A stretch of DNA of 20,000 nt from Gonapodya sp. JEL0774. Taxonomy: Eukaryota. A program made the translations under genes and the position numbers. Where the stretch lies: NCBI GenBank assembly GCA_027604505.1, contig JADIIX010000028.1:172071-192070 (forward strand), in the 5' to 3' direction. Of this stretch, positions 10,625 to 20,000 are shown one piece after another (position 1 is the stretch's first letter; each line of letters opens with the position of its first letter). The notes below the pieces were generated by a model, which was given only the letters and a program-made list of their open reading frames with translations, was not told the DNA's origin and made no database searches.

Positions 10625-12616
10625 CTACAACGTCTCTCTTATCTCCTTGAGCCGCTTCAAAATGTCCCCAAACACAGGCCTCTTCGCAGGAAAATGGTCC
10701 CAACATTCCTCAACCAACTGCTCCAAAGACTCTGGCATGATGTCAGATTCCAGGATCAAGGGTCTGAGTTTACGTCTCCTGTCAGCAATGGAATCAAGAG
10801 GGAGCCCATTGAACTCATCCTCACTGTAGGGGATGCGTCCAGTCCAAATCTGAGAAGATGGCAAGATTAGAAAGGAACCATATTCTTTATTTAGTACTTG
10901 ACAGAAATGGGAAGCATAAGTACACAAGAGAGCTTACCCGAAATACTGTGACTCCAAAGGCATAAACATCACCTTTCTTTGTTGCTCCACTCCCAAGCAA
11001 TCGCTCGGGGGGCATGTAAGCAGATGTTCCAATCCGCATTCCAGTGGCTTCAGAAGGAGGCAAATCCACAATTTTGGCAGTCCCAAAGTCTGTCACCAGA
11101 GTTGTGTAATCATCATCCACAAGAGTGTTTTGAGGTTTGAGATCAGCATGGACAATGTTTCGGATATCATGGAGGTAAAGCATGCCAGCTGCAATATCAC
11201 AGAGCTATAGTATCAATATGACTGTTAACCTTTGATAATAACCTTCACATCTGCTGAAGCTCAAAAGAATACTCACAATACGGAGCTTCATTTTCAGTGT
11301 TGCAAACACTGGATTCTTTTGGAGGAAGCTGACCACATCTCCATTCTTCATGAATTTGGACAAGAAGAGAGGGTGGGAGGATTCCCATGAGGCACCAATG
11401 AGTGGGACAATGTTTGGGTGGTATCCAGCTGTGTGCCATGCCGTAACTTCCCTGTCAAAAGCCTGCAAAAAAGAAATAAGAATGATAAACATGATAAGAC
11501 AATTGCCATATCCAATTCAGTAGTTCTCACAACTTTGTAGCTCTCCCTGGGTTGTTCACTTGGGCTGGTATCCAGGAGCAGGTATTTCCCTGCCACTGTG
11601 ATTCCAGACCACTCACACTTGTACACAATACCAAAGCTGCCTTGCCCAAGTTTCTCACCAACTTCCACATCTGTATGATGAATGTGCCAGACTGGTCTGA
11701 CTGGGGTTTGTGGTCTGATTTCAGCAGCAGGTGGTATTATTGGATTGGAGGATGAGATGTGGATGGCAGGTGGAGAAGGTTGGGGTTGAGGATATGAAGG
11801 TGCAGTGATAGGTGGAGAAGAAGGTTCGGATTGAGGAGATGAGGAAGGTGCAATGATAGGTGGAGAAGAAGGTTGAGTGTGGGATGGGACTGGAGTGGGA
11901 GGGTAGAATTGATGGTTTTGGAGCATCTGCAAGAAACGACCATCTGGCTGTTTGTAAGCAGCGTCGAGTTCCCGCTCAGTGACCACAGCCCCGTGAGAGA
12001 GGAGGAGTTTAACTATGGGGAGGGAAGGATGCAGAGTGAAGGGAGAGATGCAGGTGTCCTTTCTCTTGTTGGGATCCCAGATCTGCATGTCACCACCCTT
12101 GAGACTGATCCCGAGTTGGTTGTCAGAGTTGGGTAAATCGCCTGTGTCACCGCTGCACCAAGTCTCCTTCCCGCCCCTCGCCACCGCCAGTGTCAACGCT
12201 GACGAGAACAAAATCGTCCGAAGCCAACGCCTCCGGCTCCACCTGTCCGCAGTCCACAATGGCCAGGAGTCTGCAATCTTCCACCCACACACACCGTTCG
12301 CATCGGCGCCTCCTTCGAGCAACGCGTTCACAATGTCCTCATTCGCATGCAGAATCCCCAACGCCAAGGCCGATTCGCATTCTGCGGTGTCCGTTTTCGT
12401 CTCACTCCCGATCCTGCAGGTCAACGTGACCCTCTTCCGCGCATTGGGGTTCGCCCCATCCGCTAGAAGTTGTCGCACCCGCGGCGCCTGCCCGTTTTCT
12501 ACCGCTTCGATCAGTTGGATGTCTCGTGTGTTCGACATGGCAGTTTTCGGTCGGGTTTTCGTGATGTTGACCTTGGGATTGCGTTTTGGTTGTGGTGCTG
12601 TGACTGGCTGCGCCAT
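10625..12616 (-). CDS. Ankyrin-repeat + Pro/Ser linker + tyrosine-kinase-like (TKL) protein kinase, ~587 aa; exons 12616-11531, 11462-11277, 11204-10938, 10849-10625
   Basis: Ankyrin-like segments LIEAVENGQAPRVRQLLADGANPN, SALALGILHANEDIVNALLEGGADAN, IVKLLLSHGA. Kinase motifs LGQGSFGIVY, VAGK, REV, HPNIVPLIG, HADLKPQN, DFG, GTSAYMPPE, DVYAFG, CWDHFPAKRP. Three phase-0 GT-AG introns (11530-11463, 11276-11205, 10937-10850) give one open frame. The start could instead be the downstream Met of MSNTRD. Confidence 0.92.
11767..11874 (-). repeat. Coding tandem repeat (48-nt period, two good copies plus a degenerate one) encoding PSSPPI(I/T)APS units in the kinase linker
   Basis: GAAGGTGCARTGATAGGTGGAGAAGAAGGTT at 11796-11826 and 11844-11874, plus partial copy CAGGTGGAGAAGGTT at ~11767-11781. 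Confidence 0.85.
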
Positions 12617-13232
12617 TCATTCGTTTCTGTCGGACTTTCTAAACACCGTCGCGAGCAGCGACGCGCATTTGTAAACTGATGATAAAATTTCGATACTGTA
12701 TTGCGTACATAAAATAGACCCCACCACTCCTGCTCCCGGGGTCCGTCGGTGCCGGTCAACACGCATTTCACGTTAGCTTCCCCTTTGCCCAAGCCCCAAC
12801 CTACCACACGCTCTCCCTCCCCCGGTCGCTCCCCATGGTAGAACTCAGCAATTTGTTGTCTTAACTAGCCCCCCGCCCGTCCCCTTGCACCACCGCTCCT
12901 CCTCCGGACCCCCAGCTTGGGTTCTCTCCTTCTCGACCTCGCCCTCCCCCCCTCGGCTTCCCCCACCCCCTCGACAGCCCTCCACCCCACCCGCTCGCTT
13001 CCCTTAGTCTAAACCCCCTCGCCCTGGCCCCCCTCCTTCCCCCTCGGATCCCTCGCCCTCGCCCCCTCCCCTTCACCCCGCCACCTCGCTCCCCTCTTCG
13101 CCCCCAACCCCCCCCGCCCGACCTTGCCCCTCCTCCCGTCGCCGACCACCCGGCCACCCGTTCTCCTCCACGATTCAACTCACCTGTTTCCCTGGTCGCT
13201 GTTCCATGTTCGGATTTCCATGCTTGCCACGA
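12560..13232 (-). repeat. Direct-repeat copy 2: 5' end and upstream region of the kinase gene, including a long C-rich (minus-strand G-rich) tract
   Basis: Colinear with 3348-3856. The C-rich tract ~12860-13140 is longer here than in copy 1 (~3660-3780). Confidence 0.9.
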
Positions 13233-13799
13233 GCGCCCCGCTCCTGCTCAGACGCGTCCCGTCCCATAGAACATGGGTGCCAACGCTCGAGACATGGGTG
13301 AGGAAGCTGGAGAACGGAGCTTGGAGGAAGTGAGATCGAGAGAAGCAAAAGAAATCACTTGCCAAAAGGACATCGTAAACTTACACCACACTTTGCATCC
13401 TTCGCTTGCATGTCATGCGGTCCACCCTTCCCCGCACGTTGCATTCTGCCTCACTCTCGGTGGTTCCTTGGGGTCCTACCGTCGCGGTCTTTTGTCACAC
13501 GGGGCGCTTATAAAGTTTTGATTCCACTTTCCTTCTCCGCTGCTCCTCGTCAGGACCCTGGACCACCAAACGGCGTTCTGACCAGTCGGCACTGCGTCCC
13601 CGCTGTAGCTTGGTTCACCCTCCACCTCTTGGGCTTAGCGGTGACCGATCGAGCAAACGTAAATGTGTCGTGGATGTCAGCGCGGATGAGGGAAAACGGA
13701 TACGTCTGGATGAGGAAAAGTGTGCCGAGGCGCGGTTGAAGTTGCGAGACGTTGACCTTTACAGCGGGTGTAGAACAGGATGCAAAGTTGACTTTGTCT

Positions 13800-16400
13800 A
13801 ACGAACCTATCGCTTCTCAAATTTTGTTCACAGATCTCGTCGTGGCAAGGAACCATCACCACTTGTGCACAACTCGGGTGCCAGAAGAGGAACCATTGTT
13901 GCGAGGGGATCACTGACGAAACAGAGACGGAAATTGGTGTGATTTAAAGAAATAGGACGTACGTGTATGTGAGAGACACGGCAGTATAGCTCCCACCCGT
14001 CCTTTCTCGGGCGGAGCGGTCTCAGTCCTGGAAGAGACGAGTTCCTGGTTCCACCCCATCCGAAGTCACCGCCACAACCTTCGGTAGAACTCACAGCACC
14101 AACTCCACCATAGTCGTTGATCATTAAATGCGCACTTACAACCAGAAGCCGGACCCATGTGCTCCACATCAAATTGTTCGACTCACCTTCCACCCCAAAA
14201 TGTGGCGGCGGGCACGCTTCTCATCTATACGCCTAATACTCCCAACAAGTGGGAGAGACTGGGACACTCGGTTGAGGAAAACGGGTCTTGGTGCTGCATT
14301 GACGACGCGCGGAGTGCAGTCAGAGGAGTGTGAGAGAAAAAGGAGACTAGTGCGACCGGAAAGGGAAATTAGGCGGGTTAGGAGGGGGAAAGGAACAGCA
14401 AACAAACGTCGTGAGTGTGCGGCAACTGACTCGTTCGATTCCGCATTCTGTTTTGGCTTACCGCGGGGTTGTGGTGTTGAGGCGCACATCCGGTCCATGA
14501 TTCTTCCGTAAGGATCAGCTGATTTGTCGTGCCAGTCTCCAAATTGAACCTTGACTCACCAGCACAACCCGCGACTGCACCGTCGCGACATTGCTCGGCG
14601 CTGAGTCCCGCCACAAACGGCCAAGCGCACGCTCCATACACACAGCGGCCCCTTTGTGAGTCGCCACCACGTGTCCTCGCATCCATTGAGCCCAAAGTAG
14701 TGGCGGGTCCGAAGCGGTCGGTCGAGGAGGGGATGCCCCATGACGTTGAGGGAGTGAGCGCAAAGGACTGCCGAGGAGACAACACTGTGAGACGGACCTC
14801 GGATGAAACAGGGGCGACACCAAAACGGACCTTGGGACACACAGTGCCTGCAACGATCTGTGGATTCCGGACTCCAGCGCACCAGCTCAAATTGTGGTGG
14901 GGTTGGGCATCAGCGCGGGTACGGGGAACTCGGGCGAGAGACATCACAATTGGACCCGACATGCTAGCAGTGCCGAGGCGCACCGCCGCAACTCCTCGAA
15001 CTGGTAGCCGCCAACAAACACGACCCGTAGTGAAGTATGGTTGAGAGGGAAGTGGGTCGCGAATCTGTACGCGATGTGGAGACAGGGGAGACACAAGTGC
15101 CAGGAGGAGTCACGGGAAATATAACATGCGTGGGCACGTGCGACTTACCGGGTTCTTTGGAGAAAATGACGAAGCTGCGACGCTCATGGCGATACATTTG
15201 CTTGGTTCGAGTGCGGGAACATCGGTTTCGTGGGGATCGAGGGGAACGAGTGAGCGAAGGCTGGGAATGAGAGCGGTCTGAGAGGGAGAGGAGGGAAAGG
15301 AATGGGAAAACACAAAACACAAAGAAGTTTGCACACACCACGTCCAATACTTTCCGATGCGAGAGAGGAAGTGGTTGGGTCAGGGTGGGATTCTTCGTCC
15401 GGGACGGGTATGGGACCAAAGCCGCAGTCACTGTCATGGGTGGAGATAGTTTTGATCGAGTAAGAACAGCCAGATATCTAGATCCGAGTACCGGGATGTG
15501 TTTAGGTGTGAACGGGGCAGTGATCCTATAGACGGCTCACGACCACTCACAGATCTTGAGCTCGTTGCACCCATACATCCGAGTGGTCCTGTCACCTAAC
15601 ATTTCCTCGGTAGCGAGAACTTAATAGTCAACGTGTTGCTTGCGCGTGGAAAATGGTTCGTGAAGGACGAGGATGGTTCCACTGCAGGAAAGAAGCATGA
15701 CGAGTTGGTAGAGAATGGAGAAGGATGAGGTGAGAAGATATATCAAACCAAGTACAAAACCACACTGAAGACACAGATGGCGATGTGCTCAACTGCGTCG
15801 GTGCATGAGCGACCCATGTTGTCGTGATGGCCTTGTCCGGGAACACATCGTCATTCACTCACTAAGTTCCTCTCAATTCTGATGAAGCATGTCGGCACCA
15901 AAAAATACTGACTTCAACCTCAAGTACGGGAACCCCTGCGATACCGTGCCAGAAAAGGTTTGGTAGGATGGAGACAATGGTGACAGTGCGGAGTGTGACG
16001 GGAACAGAAGCCCAAAGGCAATACTTGTAGGGAAGTGGAGACGGGGCTAAAAAGGGGAAAGTTGCTTGGTGGTGGAATTTGGAGCAGAGCATGCATGTCA
16101 CTCGGGTTATGAGCTGCGTGTCGAGGGAAATGTGTGATTGTGAAAGGAAAAACACGGCTTCGTGAGGTGTGGTCGGCGGGTACGAGATTTGTCGGTACGG
16201 AAGTTGAGAAGCGGGTGACGGAAAAACCGGATGCAGAATTCAAGGTAAGAAGGAGAGGCAAGATACCGGTAGGATCAAAGACGGTGAGAAGAAAACACAA
16301 CCTTGAGAGTGTGAGCGACATGTACCTGCTTTGTTTTTACACCGCTTCCTTGAATCGTCTCCCGTGGTTGTAGTCACATTAAAGGTGGTGCTCATCCTGC
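13800..16400 (-). other. Putative multi-exon transcript divergent from the F-box gene; coding status unclear
   Basis: Minus-strand donors at 15862 (GTGAGT), 15148 (GTAAGT), 14559 (GTGAGT), 14461 (GTAAGC), 14186 (GTGAGT). Intron 15148-15065 joins ...SFSPKNP in frame to IRDPLPSQ... of the 238-aa ORF. No recognisable domain. Confidence 0.3.
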
Positions 16401-16832
16401 CGCCTTCCCGCGCCACTGTCCACTGCTAAGCTGCCTCGTCCGTCATCATGCCCATGATCCGAATTTCACGTTTCCCGTCGAGGAACATCCGGGAGCGGAA
16501 GTTCGGCCACAGGGGCGAAAATCGAGGCGAATGGAGGAGCAGGAGACTTGTCGTGACTCTCCTTTGACATAGGGGTGGTGCTCGTGGGGCAAGCATAGGG
16601 CGAGGCAGTGGTGTGACGGGAGCTTTGAGCAGGCTGTCGCGATGACGGTGATGGCACGAGTAAAGACATCCTTCCCGGCGTCGAGGACTCGTCGATTGAG
16701 ACGTGGCATGACGGATGGTGGGGAGAAGGGGAAAGGGGAATTTGGTTGTTGGCCCTAACGTGGTTGCGCAAGCTCAGGCCCAAACGAAACGACAATTGGT
16801 TCCTTTAGAATTGCATCAACAGTGAGAACCGG

Positions 16833-18383
16833 ATGGCGCGAACAAAGCAGCAGGCTCGAAAGAGACCGATTCGCAGGTGGACCAATACCCCTGGAAACGG
16901 CCCAGCCTCAAACGCGCACCAGTTGCGGCTGTCCGTCTCGCTCACTGTGCTGCTCCCCCCCGAGCTTGTGCGCAGAGTTCTGCTTCACCTGCCGCCCTCG
17001 GACTTCTACCGCACAGCGCCGCTCGTTTGCCGCCAGTGGAACGCACTCTGCCGCACCGCCCACGACCCGCAAGGCAGGATTCCTCTGCTGGTTGACGTGC
17101 ACCTGGATTGGCGACCACAAGATCAACCGCAGCTGACATGGGAAAAATCGCGATTCCTGCCCAGCTTCGTGCGGGTCGGCGGCGTTGGTCTCTCTGCGTC
17201 CGTGGTGCTGGGCGTCACCACCTTCGAGTCCACAAGCTGGACCTTGGAATCTCTTGCGACCGCCGCCGTCGCGTCGCCGACACTCAAAGACTCACCCCTC
17301 CCCGCATACTACGTCCTCTCGCCAAGTCTCCGTGCCCGCGGCGTGGTGCTGACTCTGCGCGCCATCGTCGACCATGCTGCCGGTACATGGCAGTCAAATC
17401 GTGTCTCTACCGCCTCTCTCGCCCACCTGCACGCTTTCCTCACCACTTCCTCCCCCACCCATATCTGCACCAACTTCTCGCACGCCTCATGTTCCTTTCT
17501 CTCCTCCCTTCGCGCAGCCGGCCTGCCTCCGCTGGCTACCCCCCGCTCGGCCGAGATCGCGTTCCCCAAATTCTGGGAGTCCGAAGTGGATGGGGGCTCC
17601 GCCACCATGTACGACGCGGTGCATTATATGCTTCCGGGTCTCGATACCGTCCTGGCACAAGTCGATGACGGTGTCGGCTTGACCGAGCTTGCCGAGTGGG
17701 CCATGTGGGCCCACCGCACCATGCCCGCGCCCCTTCGCCAGTGCGTGAGAGTGCTCGAATCGAATGACATGTCTCCTCCGGACCCTTCGGACTCAGATAT
17801 CGCCACCCACCTCCCCACCCTCCTGTCTGCCTTCCCAAACCTTTGCGAGCTCTTCCACCTCCACACCAATGTCCTCCGTCCCCTCTGGACCGCCACCACA
17901 CCTCACACCTTCCCATTTATTGGTATCCTGCACCTCACCGCCTCCACCGTCGACGACTTCGCCGACTCCACCCCAGCTGTGGCGTTAGCCAACTCCCTTG
18001 CCCGCACCTTCCCGTCGCTCTCCACGCTTGGCATCCAATTGTCTCGCCCAACGCGCCCCGCCATCGATGACGACGCAGACCCGCCAGAGGCCGTTGCTCG
18101 CCTGCGCGCCTGGGCCGGCCATCTTACCGCGGTATTGGTGGCCTTCCTGCGTGCACTGGATACCGCCCCCGGTCCTCGGCCTCGCCCCCGCTCCGTGCAC
18201 TTTGGTATCTCGAATGCGATGCCGCGCTCGGGTACGGTCCCCGTGGAGGAGGAGGATGGAGCGTCTGCGGCTGTGGGCGAGGGAGTGGTAGCAGGATGTC
18301 CGCATGGCATGGTGGTGGTGGTGCAAGAGGGTTGGCGACTTGAGGTTCCGGGTGTAATGAAGGGGCGAACGCATTGGCGATAG
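16833..18383 (+). CDS. Intronless 516-aa F-box protein with histone H3-like N-terminus and degenerate LRR-like C-terminal region
   Basis: Long uninterrupted GC-rich ORF. Residues ~40-74 LLPPELVRRVLLHLPPSDFYRTAPLVCRQWNALC fit the F-box consensus (LPxE...VCxxW). Later FPNLCELFHL, FPFIGILHL, FPSLSTLGI resemble LRR-like repeats. N-terminus MARTKQQARKR. Confidence 0.88.
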   Translation: MARTKQQARKRPIRRWTNTPGNGPASNAHQLRLSVSLTVLLPPELVRRVLLHLPPSDFYRTAPLVCRQWNALCRTAHDPQGRIPLLVDVHLDWRPQDQPQLTWEKSRFLPSFVRVGGVGLSASVVLGVTTFESTSWTLESLATAAVASPTLKDSPLPAYYVLSPSLRARGVVLTLRAIVDHAAGTWQSNRVSTASLAHLHAFLTTSSPTHICTNFSHASCSFLSSLRAAGLPPLATPRSAEIAFPKFWESEVDGGSATMYDAVHYMLPGLDTVLAQVDDGVGLTELAEWAMWAHRTMPAPLRQCVRVLESNDMSPPDPSDSDIATHLPTLLSAFPNLCELFHLHTNVLRPLWTATTPHTFPFIGILHLTASTVDDFADSTPAVALANSLARTFPSLSTLGIQLSRPTRPAIDDDADPPEAVARLRAWAGHLTAVLVAFLRALDTAPGPRPRPRSVHFGISNAMPRSGTVPVEEEDGASAAVGEGVVAGCPHGMVVVVQEGWRLEVPGVMKGRTHWR

Positions 18384-18935
18384 GCAGCGTGCGGTTTCTG
18401 GGCGCAGCTTGATCAAGGAGTGGATATGTGTGTTTTGCGGTGAATATTCACAATAGCCTTCTTTAGACTGGACCGCCATGTCCAGGGTCGAGCAAATGAG
18501 CCTGTGTGCGGGTTAGCATGGATGGTTGAAGATATGGGCACTAGCATGATTTCACTGAATCCCGACGTTGTAGTGGGGAAATTGGGGAATGCAATGGTAC
18601 CAACTAGTGAAGAACGGTACATACACACTAAGGACATTAGTGAGTGGAAATTGAAATTCGAGAGTGAGAAACATATTATCGAGGGATTTAAACTATGTTT
18701 CGTGGGGGTGAAACTGCCACGAAACTTGTTCGGTGGGCGCTAGGTCCAGTGGGTCCATGCCAACCCTCCTATTCCAGGTCGGCTTGCTGAGCTGCACCCT
18801 GTTTGAGAAGCCGCGGTTATTCACCGCTTTTGTTTTCTTGAGGACGCTGCAAATACATAAGGTGGACTCTACCACTCTTATCATCTTCTAGCGCTCCGTC
18901 AAGAAAGTCCTCTTCTCACACTTTCAATCGACGCT

Positions 18936-19447
18936 ATGGATATTGTACCTGCTCCCCTTCCTCCTCTCCCACTGGAGCCTCTCCAGCATGTCCGAAATTC
19001 TCTTAGGATCTCGGATGCCTTGTGGAAAGCATTAGCTACAGGCAAATATGTTGACCTAGCGAAGCTCTATGAGCCAAACATTCGTATATTTACTGCTGGT
19101 GCTACACATGTTGAGCGTATTGGTAACATTGAAATTCACTCAGTGCCAAAGCCAAAACACGCCATCTCTTCCCTTGCAGCTTGGCAGCAGGCCTTTTGGA
19201 AGTACACAAGGGCCCTGGAGTTTCTTTTTCCAGAGCTTCAGAGGGCCCGCACCCTCTCTTTGTACGCAGATCAGATCCTGGAGCTGCATCTTTCACATGG
19301 CACGTCCCGGTGGGACGCAATTCATGTGTATGATATTGATCGCCGCAAAGCTGTTGCATCTGACCCAGCAAAGTCGTTGACTGACACAGATGCTTTGGCC
19401 CTGGCTTGATTCCTCGGTTCCATTGCAGTCTCCTCCCGCATGCCAAG
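18936..19447 (+). mobile_element. Gag-like ORF remnant of a tyrosine-recombinase (DIRS/Ngaro-type) retrotransposon
   Basis: ORF 18936-19409 carries the pattern typical of these gag-like proteins: GKYVDLAKL ... ISSLAAWQQAFWKY ... LSLYADQILEL ... WDAIHVYDIDRR. No RT, RNase H or recombinase in the window. Confidence 0.65.
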
Positions 19448-20000
19448 TAAAGCATCTACAATTCGATTCGATGCGATTTTTGACCTCCCAATCAATTCCG
19501 AAGCAATTTCCAAGCCCGCGATCGATTAAAAATCGAAATTTTTACCAGTCGGTCGATTTGCGATTCGATTCTTGGGCTTTGCAATTGATTCGATTCGATT
19601 TGGGCAGTGTTCAGAAAATTCTTGATTCTGCTTGATTTTCCTTCAATTTGATAGTAAAATAGAGCAAATGGTACTTGTACCTCAAACATCATTTGTATTA
19701 TCATGTGATTGCCGATACTTAGGCAAGGGAAGGTGCTCGCATGTGTGCAGTGTCACACAAACCACACCTCTGTCCTCCTCGACCAACACTGTTGATTGAT
19801 AGATAGCGCAGTTTATATCTATACACGATTCAATTATTTCTCTACATTCATGACATTGTCTTGAAATGGCCAAAACGCTACTAGGGGTGTGTGAATGTGA
19901 ATCGATTGTGTGACCCCCTCCAAACTGTCCCAAACTCTCCCAACACACTCCCCATATATGGTAAATTGTTTTTTGTGAGTGGGGAAGTACAGTTACCCCT
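19448..20000. mobile_element. Probable terminus of a DNA transposon/MITE (hAT-like) with subterminal ATTCG/TCGAT repeats
   Basis: Abrupt switch to AT-rich sequence starting TAAAGCATCTACAATTCGATTCGATGCGATT, then many dispersed (A/T)TCGAT(T) motifs to ~19630. The partner end is not in the window, so the extent to 20000 is assumed. Confidence 0.5.

Noticed and set aside
12015..12674. 219-aa plus-strand ORF
   Set aside because: Antisense shadow of the GC-rich ankyrin exon.
16833..16865. Histone H3 or CENP-A gene
   Set aside because: Similarity stops after K9. There is no STGGKAPR and no histone fold, and the ORF continues into an F-box.
17108..18479. Many overlapping ORFs on both strands
   Set aside because: Alternative-frame shadows of the GC-rich F-box CDS.
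18470..18743. Plus-strand ~90-codon frame after the F-box gene (possible extra exon or TE fragment)
   Set aside because: No recognisable motif and no convincing donor linking it to the F-box ORF.
19455..19630. CRISPR-like array
   Set aside because: Repeats are 5-7 nt and irregularly spaced, with no constant repeat-spacer structure and no cas genes; eukaryotic context.

Overview
Eukaryotic genomic DNA with short GT-AG introns, most consistent with a fungus (an early-diverging, chytrid-like lineage is an inference). It contains: a 4-exon gene for an N-terminally anchored, Ser-rich disordered protein with two AIM/LIR-like motifs (1603-2780); an assembly gap; a diverged copy of the upstream/5' region of the kinase gene that runs into that gap; a full-length, intron-containing RNA 3'-phosphate cyclase (RTCA) pseudogene; a bacterial-type Pat/YncA-like GNAT acetyltransferase with one intron; a 4-exon ankyrin + non-RD TKL kinase gene with a sharp internal CpG discontinuity; an intronless F-box protein whose N-terminus closely mimics the histone H3 tail (MARTKQQARK); and, at the right end, a DIRS/Ngaro-like gag remnant followed by a probable DNA transposon end. 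Two stretches carry chains of minus-strand splice signals without a recognisable protein. The most striking item is the H3-tail-mimic F-box protein. All family calls come from motif recognition by eye; no searches were run.
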